NCBI GenBank assembly: GCA_038245785.1
Contig: JBBRSB010000010.1
Location: forward strand, 60,532-124,531
Reading direction: 5' to 3'
Length of the DNA: 64,000 bases
From: Gloeobacterales cyanobacterium
Lineage (GTDB): Bacteria; Cyanobacteriota; Cyanobacteriia; Gloeobacterales; PMM-0068
Each line of letters begins with the position of its first letter. Position 1 is the stretch's first letter. The notes under the pieces are model-generated. The model was given only the letters and a program-made list of their open reading frames with translations. It was not told the DNA's origin and ran no database searches. A program made the translations under genes and the position numbers. This document shows, one piece after another, positions 20,167-29,828 of the stretch.

Positions 20167-21020
20167 CGGCGTCTCATGCCTCCGAAGCTACGGCTGCGCT
20201 GCATGCTGCCAAAGCCACCGGATCTCGGTGCAGAACGATATTGCTGATCGTTGTTGCGCCGTAAGTTACTAGAACCATAACCAGATCCCGTAGAACGATT
20301 ATTCTGCATAGATCTACTCGCACTATCATTCCGAGGAAAACGGGAAAGTCCTGTACTACGAAGTGCTCGCTGATTTTGCACAGCAAGAGGAGGGCTTCCA
20401 TAGCGGGATTGGTATTGGCCAATGGCCTGATTATAGCTAGTACCAGAGCCGCCATAACCTCTCAGACCACCAGCAGAGTAGGCGGGAGGCATATAGTAGC
20501 GAGGGGCAAATAGGGCATTCGCGACCATGTTACCTGCCACGGCTCCTAAGAATGGAGTCCAGAAGCTAGATTCCTGACGGACAACGACCGTTTCTTTCTG
20601 TCCAGTTTGCGCGTTGGTTTTCTCTTCCGTCACATTGTGAACATAGGAGATTTGAAATTTCTCAGGGATATGTAAAGCAGCCTGTCCGTTGGTCACCTTG
20701 AGGTATCCTTTTTCCCCTGCCTTCTCTTCTTCCGGGGTTAGACGAGCCATCTGTAGAGCAGAGCTACGGAAGGTTGGAGGGGTCGTATTGAGCAAAAATG
20801 CTGTATAGACGCCCGTTCCGTCATCGAAGGTAGCCTGTTGCACTTCATACTTGCCATCCGCCAGCTTCGTCGGGGCTTGTTGCTGTGCCCTATTCGCCTG
20901 TGAGCCATTGATAGCGGCAGTGTCTGGCTTGTCAGACGAACAGCTTGCTAGGGGCAGCAAGCCTAGAATGAAGACTAGCGAAAGAGTTGTGAATTTTTTC
21001 CAGGTAGGTAGGCGTTTCAT
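20163..21020 (-). CDS. Lipoprotein with a Gly/Ser/Arg-rich C-terminal tail
   Basis: LASC lipobox, SSFW.PF.GA..G segment, SGGFG/RSFGG tail. Confidence 0.75.
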   Translation of the reverse strand: MKRLPTWKKFTTLSLVFILGLLPLASCSSDKPDTAAINGSQANRAQQQAPTKLADGKYEVQQATFDDGTGVYTAFLLNTTPPTFRSSALQMARLTPEEEKAGEKGYLKVTNGQAALHIPEKFQISYVHNVTEEKTNAQTGQKETVVVRQESSFWTPFLGAVAGNMVANALFAPRYYMPPAYSAGGLRGYGGSGTSYNQAIGQYQSRYGSPPLAVQNQRALRSTGLSRFPRNDSASRSMQNNRSTGSGYGSSNLRRNNDQQYRSAPRSGGFGSMQRSRSFGGMRRR

Positions 21021-21085
21021 CGTCTTTACACTCTTGATTAAGGATTTTTTTAGGTGTTTAAGAGCAGCTCAATTTCATACTAATT

Positions 21086-21685
21086 TCATAATGGCGAAAG
21101 TTCAGGGAAATTGAGTAAAAGCTGATCCGGATCCAATTCATCGCCAAAGCGAGCCGGAGAAAAGTGGACTTGGACTGCGCGCAGCTTTTCTTGGTAGTGC
21201 AGACTGATCAAGGCTTTAAGCCCTTCTTTGATCGCTATATCTTTCGTTAAGTCTGTCTCCAAAGCGGGGACTTCACCTTCGTAGGCCACAGTGATCATGA
21301 CAACCACATTGCGCGTCGCTGGCGCATAGAGGTCTGTTTGCTCTGAACTGGCCGTCGTGTCGGGTTCACTCATATAGCGCTGAGAGGAGTCTGTAAAGAG
21401 TTCCTGGACAAAATCTCCGGCTTCTCCCTCATCCCAGAAAACATTGCCTTCATTGGCGGCAGAGGCCCACATCGAATCGTATTGCAAAAGGCTTTCACAA
21501 ATTTTCACCAGCCCTTCGCCAAGAACGTTCAAATCTCCGTCCGATTCCAGGGCTTCTTGTGCAGAGCGATTGAGCACGCCCAAGAGGGGAGCAACCTGTT
21601 CACCGCCCAAGTGTAAGAACAAACGACAGACTACAAATCGGGTCTGGCCTGTCATTTTGTTGAAACGGTCTCGCCACGAAGTCAT
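21086..21685 (-). CDS. DUF1517 family protein
   Basis: Resembles cyanobacterial DUF1517 (VVVMITVA, V.V.FSP...GD.L....LL..FP.L.PL). Confidence 0.7.
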   Translation of the reverse strand: MTSWRDRFNKMTGQTRFVVCRLFLHLGGEQVAPLLGVLNRSAQEALESDGDLNVLGEGLVKICESLLQYDSMWASAANEGNVFWDEGEAGDFVQELFTDSSQRYMSEPDTTASSEQTDLYAPATRNVVVMITVAYEGEVPALETDLTKDIAIKEGLKALISLHYQEKLRAVQVHFSPARFGDELDPDQLLLNFPELSPL

Positions 21686-21879
21686 GAACCACCTATAAGA
21701 ACTATCTCTTCCAATCTAACGAATAACGCGAGCGGTTGGAGGGGTAGAAGGAGGGGTGCCGCTAAACATGGCAGTCTGGGAATCGCAAAAAATGTTTCTT
21801 TATATTAACGCATACCCCATGTCTAGCGAGCCTCTCAAGCTTTAGAAGACCAGAAAAAAGAGTGAGCTAAAACCATTAA

Positions 21880-22551
21880 ATGGGCAGACTAAGAAGACGA
21901 ACTGCTAACCTAGCCCTGCACTTAATGGAACAGATATACCTTCAAGACATCATTATTCGCCGCGCTCATCTGAGCGATCGTCCTCAGATGGTCCAGATTC
22001 AGCAATGCTCGCTACAGGTTCTCTGTCAGAAAGACTACTCCGTTGAGCAAGTCAGGGCGCTTCTGAAAGATACACGAGATTATCGGAATTGGAAGTGGGG
22101 TGAGACTGTTTTTGTTGCGGAATATGAAAAAACGATAGTCGGATTTGCAGCACGCAATCAGAACTGGATTACAGCAGTTTACGTACATCCAGAATTTACG
22201 CGCCAGGGTATTGGTTCACGCCTTCTGCAGATTCTTGAAGATGATTCAAAAGCCTGTGGAATCGATGCTCTATCCCTAGTGGCTTCGATCACAGCCAAGC
22301 CTTTTTATGACTTCTGCGGCTACAAAGTCAATATGCCTGTTCAGATAGGCGTCCGGGGAGTTCAGGTACATTGTATTGAAATGGAAAAAGTGATAGGGGC
22401 AGAAGTAAATCACAGACGCGAAACTATTGAATTTGAAAACACCAAAAAATCTAAATTAAGGTTGCAGTCTCCCCTTTTTACCATGTTACTGATCGTTTTG
22501 TTTCTGAAAATTGCACAGTGGCTTTTTCAAAGCAATGGATATCTTTTTTAA
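21880..22551 (+). CDS. GNAT acetyltransferase with a C-terminal TM helix
   Basis: YVHPEFTRQGIGSRLL, AS.TA.PFY...GY; true start may be ATG 21925. Confidence 0.85.
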   Translation: MGRLRRRTANLALHLMEQIYLQDIIIRRAHLSDRPQMVQIQQCSLQVLCQKDYSVEQVRALLKDTRDYRNWKWGETVFVAEYEKTIVGFAARNQNWITAVYVHPEFTRQGIGSRLLQILEDDSKACGIDALSLVASITAKPFYDFCGYKVNMPVQIGVRGVQVHCIEMEKVIGAEVNHRRETIEFENTKKSKLRLQSPLFTMLLIVLFLKIAQWLFQSNGYLF

Positions 22552-22651
22552 ATTCTTTGCGCCTATAAACCTAAAGATCTGCCTATAGACAGCAGCATTT
22601 TTTGAAGTTTAAATTAGTATGGCTATATAAACAAGTTGAAACAATAAAATC

Positions 22652-23122
22652 ATGGCGAAAACAGGCATTTATCAAACTCCATTAGAAGTTTTTGGAGCTT
22701 TTGCAGCCTTTTTGGGGATTATTGCACTGGTTTACGCCCAACTGACCCCCCCGATCCCAGACATAAATTTACTCCCCAAACCTTCTCTTATGGGAAATTC
22801 TGCACCGATAAAAGTGGAAGGCCATATTTTTGCCGGAGATAGTCATGTTTCAGGTTTGGCATGCTCTGAGATAGAAATAGCGCTCATGCCTGAAGGAATG
22901 ACAGGGGATACAGCCGCAAGCGCACAAGCAATGGGCCTCAATCTCATTACTGGCTGCGCATACAGCTTGCCTGGAAATGAAAAATATGTAGGAAAAAATC
23001 TCGTTTTAAAGGTAACCCCTCTTCTATCAGCAGGAAGAACCTACAGCACTCCAGAGAAGGTGCTCAATATCCCAGAGGGCTCTGTCCTTCAGATCAATCT
23101 CAATTTGTCCGCTTCCTCGTAA
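22652..23122 (+). CDS. Hypothetical membrane-anchored protein
   Basis: N-terminal TM helix followed by a beta-rich domain with two Cys. Confidence 0.65.
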   Translation: MAKTGIYQTPLEVFGAFAAFLGIIALVYAQLTPPIPDINLLPKPSLMGNSAPIKVEGHIFAGDSHVSGLACSEIEIALMPEGMTGDTAASAQAMGLNLITGCAYSLPGNEKYVGKNLVLKVTPLLSAGRTYSTPEKVLNIPEGSVLQINLNLSASS

Positions 23123-23228
23123 AAGAAGCTGGTGATGGACTTTAAGGTTTATGAGCACTTTGATTAACATGGACAACCTTGGCTGCGCTGCACAATAAAG
23201 TAATGAAATTGGATGATTAAGAGCTTTT

Positions 23229-24179
23229 CTATTGTGAAGCTACGTCTTGAGCAGGGTCTTTCTTCCGTTTAGCCCAGTGAATGATGGTGTTGTGGGAAAT
23301 ACCTGTTTCTCTCTCAATTTCCCGAAAACCCATCCCTTGCTGATGTAGATCTAGACAGCGATGTCTGACTTCATCCGAATAGCCCTGAGCCGTATACATT
23401 TCAGGAAACTGCCTGTGGCAACCTTTGCAGAGATAGCGCTGCTTGCCGTGACGATGCCCGTTCTTAGAGACCTGCTGTGAATGACAGTGAGGACATTTCA
23501 TTACATTTTTGTGCATTGTCTCATTCGCAGTATGGGGGCGCAGGTAAGCTACGAGCAAATCTTTGATCTCTTGGTACAGCTCTTGGCGGTGCATCTCATC
23601 GCTGCGTAGGGCTGCAAGCAACAATGTGTTATAGGACTGATGGGTTACTTCAGCCAGCAGTTCGCTCTTATGAATACTCAAGGCTGGATTGTACAGTCGC
23701 ATCCAGCTTGCGAATGTTTGCATTAGCTCCTGATTAAAATTCTCATCGAAGAGCTGAAACATTTCTGGGGCAACAAAATATTGTACATAGACCACTCGAG
23801 ATACGGGGTTCTCAAAGTACTGTGCATAGGTTTTCACCATTGTCTCGACAAGCTGTTCAAGGGGAAGCTGAACCATCTGCGGCGAGAATAACTGGGCATT
23901 GATAACATTTACGTGCTCCATGTGACGAGCTTCTAGGGCATGGAAGAGGGATACCTTATCGGGGAAGAACTGATACAGGGAACCAATAGCCGTTCCAGCA
24001 CGGGCAGCAATGGCATGGGTGGTTGCTGCTTCATAGCCTATTTCATCAAATACTTCAGCTGCAGCTTCTAAAATTTTCTCTACACGCTGTTTTCCACGTG
24101 CTTGCTTAGGCTGGTGACGCATAGGTTTTGGGGATAGGTCAGTCACGATGCAATTCTCAAAAAAGCTCTTGACAAACAT
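23229..24179 (-). CDS. TetR-family regulator fused to a C-terminal IS1 InsA-like Zn-ribbon/HTH domain
   Basis: TetR HTH (IAARAGTAIGSLYQFFPDK); C-terminal CPHCHS...KNG...GKQRYLCKGC.RQF...GMGFREIER.TGISHNTIIHW; true start may be slightly downstream. Confidence 0.85.
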   Translation of the reverse strand: MFVKSFFENCIVTDLSPKPMRHQPKQARGKQRVEKILEAAAEVFDEIGYEAATTHAIAARAGTAIGSLYQFFPDKVSLFHALEARHMEHVNVINAQLFSPQMVQLPLEQLVETMVKTYAQYFENPVSRVVYVQYFVAPEMFQLFDENFNQELMQTFASWMRLYNPALSIHKSELLAEVTHQSYNTLLLAALRSDEMHRQELYQEIKDLLVAYLRPHTANETMHKNVMKCPHCHSQQVSKNGHRHGKQRYLCKGCHRQFPEMYTAQGYSDEVRHRCLDLHQQGMGFREIERETGISHNTIIHWAKRKKDPAQDVASQ

Positions 24180-24196
24180 GAGGATTCTGTCATGAT
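24169..24196 (+). promoter_or_regulatory. Putative promoter of the Rieske gene with an overlapping TetR operator
   Basis: TTGACA-16 nt-CATGAT with the palindrome CATGA-N8-TCATG (24177-24194). Confidence 0.5.
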
Positions 24197-24357
24197 TCTA
24201 GATAAATATAGACCATTGATCATTATTTACTGGCAACCAATCTTTATGCGCCTTCCTAACTGGTGCAACTAGTCAAGTTTGGCATGATTCTTCAGTCGCA
24301 GGTGTTTTGACATCATGCGGAAACTTGGCGATTGGAAGCTTTTAGGAGGATATATCC

Positions 24358-25344
24358 ATGTCGATGCTCAAAGGTGCACCCTGGCTTCTAGCTCATAAGT
24401 CCATGTTGGAGGTTAACAAGCCGAGAAAAGTATCCCTATACGGCTGCGATTACGTACTTTGGAAGGACCCCGCAGGCAAAGTAAGCGCTCTTCCCAATGC
24501 TTGTCCACACATGGGAGCGATATTGTCGGAAGGATGGTGTCATCCGCAAGCGCAAAGTAGTGTTGTGGTCTGTCCTTTTCATGCTCTTGAATTTGATAGT
24601 ACAGGATGCACGATTTTGCCAGGTTCCAAGAAAAAAACTCTGCCGCAGCTAGAGCCCTTAGAACTGATTATTCAGGGCGATTTTATCTGGTCTTATGGAG
24701 GAGAAGAATCAAAATTACCGATTCCAGAAATCCTAAATGAGATAGCCTCAAAATATGACTTTATCGGTCATACAGCAGATATGAGCATAGAGACTGACTT
24801 GCGCTCTATGTTGTTGAATATGCATGACTATAATCATCAGAATGGTACCCACCGAGAACTCTTTCGAATTCAAGAAGTACAGTTCAAAAAGTTTATCGAT
24901 AATGTTTACCACTCCCATGCATTTTTTGACAATATTATGGCCCCTTACACCTTTATCGAGAAGCTCAGAAAACCGGATCTGTTTGTGCTTCCTAATGTGA
25001 TCAGAGCCCATTTAGAAAACTACTTTCCATCCTTAGTCATGCTTGATAATGAGCTGCCGATGGGTAAAGTAGCCCAGTTTCATCTATTCGTGCCGGAATC
25101 AGAAACGCGCACGCGCACCTATGTACTAACTTATGGAATCGCTAAAAGTCCTATATTTAATCTCTTTAAGAAAACAGCTCTAAATCTTGCCAAAGTCGTT
25201 GTCGAACAAGATGCTAATATCCTTGGCAAGGTCTATCCAAACACTCCTCAGAAGCTTAAGCTTAATAATGAAGTTGGGATGGATTGGGTCAGACGCAACT
25301 TTGAGCATTGGCCAGAGGTCATAGGACCAAATCTCTCTCGCTAG
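24358..25344 (+). CDS. Rieske non-heme iron oxygenase
   Basis: CPHMGA...CPFH Rieske motif; N..D..H....H and QD mononuclear Fe ligands. Confidence 0.9.
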   Translation: MSMLKGAPWLLAHKSMLEVNKPRKVSLYGCDYVLWKDPAGKVSALPNACPHMGAILSEGWCHPQAQSSVVVCPFHALEFDSTGCTILPGSKKKTLPQLEPLELIIQGDFIWSYGGEESKLPIPEILNEIASKYDFIGHTADMSIETDLRSMLLNMHDYNHQNGTHRELFRIQEVQFKKFIDNVYHSHAFFDNIMAPYTFIEKLRKPDLFVLPNVIRAHLENYFPSLVMLDNELPMGKVAQFHLFVPESETRTRTYVLTYGIAKSPIFNLFKKTALNLAKVVVEQDANILGKVYPNTPQKLKLNNEVGMDWVRRNFEHWPEVIGPNLSR

Positions 25345-25407
25345 GAATTTTGCCCTCTTCTATGCGATCATCGCAAATGTATAGGCCAATAGGGGCACTA
25401 TGAGAAT

Positions 25408-26064
25408 ATGCAGTATCCTTCTACGGACATCTTGGAACGTATGAAGTGGTCTTTGGCTCTAATCATTACCCTCGCTTGGTTGCAGACAGCGGCCCAAGCG
25501 CAGAGCGTAGCGTCTCAATATCTAATGGTGACCAGGCAGTTGATTCAACAGCAGGGAATAACGGTTAGCGAAGATGAGGAGGGAGATAGAAGGCTTTTAA
25601 CTTTTGGGCAGGAAACCTGCAAATTGAAAGCTAAAGGACTATCGGAGCGGCAGATCGTCTGGACGGTAGAGAAAAAAACCCAACAGCTCAAGATTGCTCC
25701 CAATGTTGGCGCTACCTTAGGAGCCTCAACGCTCCAAGCCGCCAAGGAAACTGGGTTCTGCGAAACTGTACAGCAAGACTTTATCAAGGTTGAAACAGTT
25801 TCTGCCTTTTTCGAAACCAGCAGGCGACTGATGGTAGAACGGGGAATGTCCCCGGATGAAGCTCAGGCCGTGAACGAACCCAAAATGCTGCAGCTTGGTA
25901 AAAAAATCTGTGAGTTGCGTATCCAGGGCCGTTCTGTCGAGAAGATGAAAAAAGTGATGATCGCTGCCGCCACGAAAGCAGCTCCATCTTCAAAGAAAAA
26001 AGTGGCAGCTTATATTGTCCCGACCGCCGATGCAGCCCAGTTAGAACTTTGCCCCACGCCCTGA
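25408..26064 (+). CDS. Secreted protein with two tandem DUF732-like helical domains
   Basis: Signal peptide (AQA); two repeats G..xC.L...G.S ... A.....C. Confidence 0.6.
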   Translation: MQYPSTDILERMKWSLALIITLAWLQTAAQAQSVASQYLMVTRQLIQQQGITVSEDEEGDRRLLTFGQETCKLKAKGLSERQIVWTVEKKTQQLKIAPNVGATLGASTLQAAKETGFCETVQQDFIKVETVSAFFETSRRLMVERGMSPDEAQAVNEPKMLQLGKKICELRIQGRSVEKMKKVMIAAATKAAPSSKKKVAAYIVPTADAAQLELCPTP

Positions 26065-26411
26065 GCCCCTAGCACAACTGCAACTGCTACGATTGCCAGT
26101 ATTAGCAGTACTGTAATCGCTTGTAGGTTCTTGAAGGTTTGATGTGGACCATCATGGCAAGATTTACAACAAATTAAGTGGGTAAACTATAGAAGAGACC
26201 TCATAGTTCAGCCATAATCTTCTCAAGTCTTCTTTATAAGGGCATTTCCGTTAAATTGATGTTGTGTTTAATTTGGCCCCCCCAGTTAAAGCTAAGTCAA
26301 AACTGAATCAGGATATCAGGATGCTTTTCATGTTTAACGTTCTGCAGGGGTCTCGCCAGACTGCTGTAGCAGTTCTGAGCAGTTCCAAGTTTTTCCCAGA
26401 GGTAGAGATCC

Positions 26412-27128
26412 ATGAAAAAATTTATCTATTGGCTGATGGGCGAGAAAGCAGGTCGCACGATCGTCGGCACTTGGAACTGGCTATGGGGAATCCCCGTTGA
26501 CGCTGGGGGGCAAGTAGCGGTGGAAGTCGCTGAGGAGTCCCTGCGCTCCATGCAAGAATCTGTCCAAAAACTGGCAGAAGCTGTTTCAACGCAAGTAGCC
26601 GCGTACCAGCGAGCCAAACAAAAGTATGAGGGGAAAGTCAAGGAAATACAGTCAGCTGAAGGCCAAGCGAAGACGGCACAGCGCAATGGCAACGAAGAAG
26701 CTGCCCGTCTCGCCATGACCCGCGTACTGCAAATCGAGCAACTTCTGCCTCAATTGGAAGAGCAAGTGAAACAGGCAGAGCAGTATGTCAATGCTTCCAA
26801 GGACAAGCTGAACAGAGAGCGTCAAAAGCTGGAGGTTTACAAAACTGACATGCAGAATATGAAAGATATAGCAGAGATCAATCAGGCCCTGGAGACAATG
26901 GCAAAAGTCAACAGTGATCTGAGCATTGATTCAGCCCGCTCCCAGTTTGAAGCAGCTAAAAGTGCAGTAGAGCGACGGAATTTGCGAACGAGTGCCCTTG
27001 TAGAAATATCTGAGAATCCAACTGAAAAACTGAGTGCAGAGATGGAAAAGATGACATTAGATGATGAGGTGGCCCGTCGCCTACAAATGCTAGGGGATTC
27101 GAGTTCTAAGCAACTACCCGGAGAATAA
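26412..27128 (+). CDS. PspA/IM30 (bacterial ESCRT-III) family protein
   Basis: Long coiled coil, A..A...GNEEAAR.A, C-terminal LDDEV.RRL..L. Confidence 0.85.
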   Translation: MKKFIYWLMGEKAGRTIVGTWNWLWGIPVDAGGQVAVEVAEESLRSMQESVQKLAEAVSTQVAAYQRAKQKYEGKVKEIQSAEGQAKTAQRNGNEEAARLAMTRVLQIEQLLPQLEEQVKQAEQYVNASKDKLNRERQKLEVYKTDMQNMKDIAEINQALETMAKVNSDLSIDSARSQFEAAKSAVERRNLRTSALVEISENPTEKLSAEMEKMTLDDEVARRLQMLGDSSSKQLPGE

Positions 27129-27133
27129 TTCTA

Positions 27134-28051
27134 ATGGCTCAAAAAAGTAGTCCTCCTCCCATTTCGTATATTTTGCTAGCCTTGCTACTTGCTGGAGGGA
27201 GCTATTGGTATTTTGAGATACGGAAACCGACAGAGACTAGTACTGCTGTGCCGACAGGAACAGCCTCCGCTCCCTCAGCTAATGCGCCCCCTGCAGCTAC
27301 TTCCCCTACTACTTTTTCGCCACCAACAACAGTGCCTAGAGGTACTACCGTTAGGATTGCGGGTTCAACAAGCATGGTACAGATTAATCAGGCTCTGAAG
27401 CGTGGCTTTGAAGGGCAGTTTCCAGGTGCTTTGGTAAAAACGGATGCGGGTGGTTCCAGTCAGGGCATCCAAAATCTCTTGGCGGGAAAAATAGATATTG
27501 CCGCTGTGTCTCGTGTGCTGAGCGATCAGGAACTAAATCAAGGTTTGGTTGCTATCCCAATAGCTGAAGATGCGGTTGCGATTGTTGTCGGGGATGCCAA
27601 TCCCTTCCGTAAGGGACTCACGGATACTCAGGTACAGGGAATCTTTCAAGGCCAGATCAATAAATGGTTAGGGATTGGTGGAGGGTCTGGAACGATCCGG
27701 GTGATTAATCGACCAGAGGGCAGTGGAACGCGGCAGGCGTTCCAGGAATTGGTGCTGAAGGGTGCCAATTTTGGTGAGGGGGCCAACTCTACGACGATGC
27801 CACGGGATGCGACTACACCCTTGCTACAAGCCTTGAAAGCGGATGGAATTGGCTATGCAACTTATGCTCAAGTGGCTAACCAGCGAACGGTTCGTACCGT
27901 TGCCGTCAATGGGTTAACACCTGAAGCCTCTAACTACCCTTATCTACGCACTCTTTACTACGTTTACAAGAATCCTCCGAGTCCCGCAGTGCAGGCATTT
28001 CTAGGATATGCCACTTCCCCTCAAGGGAAACAAAGTCTTATTGCCAAGTAG
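27134..28051 (+). CDS. PstS-like substrate-binding protein with an N-terminal TM anchor and Pro/Thr linker
   Basis: IAGSTSM, GGSSQGI, DIAAVSR, NRPEGSGT, YPY.R.LYY. Confidence 0.85.
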   Translation: MAQKSSPPPISYILLALLLAGGSYWYFEIRKPTETSTAVPTGTASAPSANAPPAATSPTTFSPPTTVPRGTTVRIAGSTSMVQINQALKRGFEGQFPGALVKTDAGGSSQGIQNLLAGKIDIAAVSRVLSDQELNQGLVAIPIAEDAVAIVVGDANPFRKGLTDTQVQGIFQGQINKWLGIGGGSGTIRVINRPEGSGTRQAFQELVLKGANFGEGANSTTMPRDATTPLLQALKADGIGYATYAQVANQRTVRTVAVNGLTPEASNYPYLRTLYYVYKNPPSPAVQAFLGYATSPQGKQSLIAK

Positions 28052-28234
28052 CTGCGTCGTGTTGAACAGATCTTGCTGCTGGAAAAACGTTTGAAGACCA
28101 TATATAAGAGGCGAGCATACTTGCTCCACATAGGCCCAAAGCAAACGTGCTACATATGGGAATAAGGAACTGAGATCAGTTCTTGTGTACAGATCAGATG
28201 GTGGTAATACAATCCCCGCTCACGAGGAGTATGA

Positions 28235-28861
28235 ATGGACGCACTACAAACCGTCTCCATGGCTGCCGGTCTTGCTTGGGCGAGTGGCTTCCGAATCTAT
28301 CTGGTACTCCTAGTCGTTGGTCTGCTTAGTCATTACGGGACTATTACTCTACCCACTAGCCTCCAATTACTAGCCAATCCCTGGGTGATTGCAGCATCTG
28401 GTTTCATGTGCTTTGTCGAATTTTTTGCCGATAAAATTCCTGGCATCGACACGCTTTGGGATACCGTACATACGTTTATTCGGATTCCAGGAGGAGCAGC
28501 TCTTGCCGCTGGAATCGTGGGAGCAAACAGTGGTGATAATGCTGCACTTACCTTAGCAGCAGCTATTCTCGGCGGCACCCTTGCCTCTGGTAGTCACTTT
28601 GCAAAGGCAGGGACACGAGCCATGATCAATACTTCCCCTGAACCTATCACCAATTGGACCGCCTCCTTCGGTGAGGATGCTATGGTCTTGGGTGGATTAT
28701 GGGCCATATTCACACATCCTGTGTTGTTTCTATCCGCTCTGGCTGTCTTTATCCTGGTTCTGATTTGGTTGCTCCCCAAACTATGGCGGGGAATATACAA
28801 AGTTACGGATGGAGCGAAGCGAATGCTCTCTAAAGTTGCTTCTCCAGGGACCGCGCCATAA
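28235..28861 (+). CDS. DUF4126 membrane protein
   Basis: LAWASG.R.Y, EFFADKIPG.D..WD..HTFIR, INTSPEP..NW.AS..ED. Confidence 0.9.
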   Translation: MDALQTVSMAAGLAWASGFRIYLVLLVVGLLSHYGTITLPTSLQLLANPWVIAASGFMCFVEFFADKIPGIDTLWDTVHTFIRIPGGAALAAGIVGANSGDNAALTLAAAILGGTLASGSHFAKAGTRAMINTSPEPITNWTASFGEDAMVLGGLWAIFTHPVLFLSALAVFILVLIWLLPKLWRGIYKVTDGAKRMLSKVASPGTAP

Positions 28862-29531
28862 GTTAGGGTCTTTATTAGCTTTTGTATCCCAGAACACATA
28901 GCGCTCTTCCACTATTTAACATTCAAGAAGTCATCAGAAGCTTGCTCTTAATAGAGGCTTCTTTCTAATCACGCTTAAAATACTCCATGGACATCTAAAA
29001 TGGCGATAACACCGGGCTAAATGTAAACGGAGTCTGTCTCGACACCATTTAAGTTTGTCTTTGTCGATTAAGTTGACTGAATTCAATCAAGCATAAGTGA
29101 CTTGAGTAGGGTTATAGACTCGGCTAACTATAGATGTAGCGTCAGGACAATAAAAATTCCTATATATAGCGCAAAAGACTCAGTAAATACTCGTATAAAC
29201 GCATACATAACAAGCAGGATATACTTTCCTTCCGTTTCTGCTATAGTTTGAACGTTTTGAAGATAGCAAGAACAGAATAAAACAGCTCAAAGCTTTGTTC
29301 TGATTGCTATGCAGTCGTTGCAAACCTAGCTGAAATGATGAATTCTAATTTTGTTATTAAAAGATCTAGACAACGATCCCCTTAGGGGTTTTAATATCTT
29401 TACAGTATAAATACGTAAACTTCAAATTCGCATCTTGCAGATGCAAACTCCTGGTTTAGTTCTCACTTCCGTTAACAAGAGTTGTATAGTCCAATACCGT
29501 TCTACTTTATTCTGCTTGAGGAGGCGAGAGG

Positions 29532-29789
29532 TTGATGCAGCAGGAGACCATGGAGAAAAGAGCAGCGATTATGTCAACCGGCGACCTAAAAGCTGATCTG
29601 ATGAAGTTAAACCGCAAAGAAGAACGGACAGATATAGAAGAACGACGTCGAAGAATAGTAGAGAAAGAGTATCTACAGAGACTCAGGGGCGAAAAGAAAG
29701 ACCCCCATATGATGATATGCCGAGAACCTATTTTTGATACTGCCGAAACTTTTGACCCATGGGTGCATTCCTCTGCGTGGCGAAAATAA
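29532..29789 (+). CDS. Small charged hypothetical protein
   Basis: 85 aa ORF preceded by GAGGAGG/GAGAGG RBS-like sequence. Confidence 0.5.
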   Translation: MMQQETMEKRAAIMSTGDLKADLMKLNRKEERTDIEERRRRIVEKEYLQRLRGEKKDPHMMICREPIFDTAETFDPWVHSSAWRK

Positions 29790-29793
29790 ATAA

Positions 29794-29828
29794 TGAACTA
29801 CCCTACTGCAAAGGCGGACGGGGTTTCT
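29794..29828 (-). mobile_element. Possible degenerate IS200/IS605 (TnpB-type) right-end remnant
   Basis: Minus strand AGAAACCCCGTCCGCCTTTGCAGTAGGGTAGTTCA resembles the GAAGCCCC..CTTT..GGGGTAGTTCA ends of tnpB elements; no tnpB ORF present. Confidence 0.3.

Noticed and set aside
23229..23500. Active IS1 element
   Set aside because: Only an InsA-like domain fused to TetR; no InsB catalytic region or terminal inverted repeats were recognised.
26060..26190. Minus-strand LICCKSCHD plus a hydrophobic stretch resembling an HNH remnant
   Set aside because: No start codon, an upstream in-frame stop, and too short to distinguish from chance.
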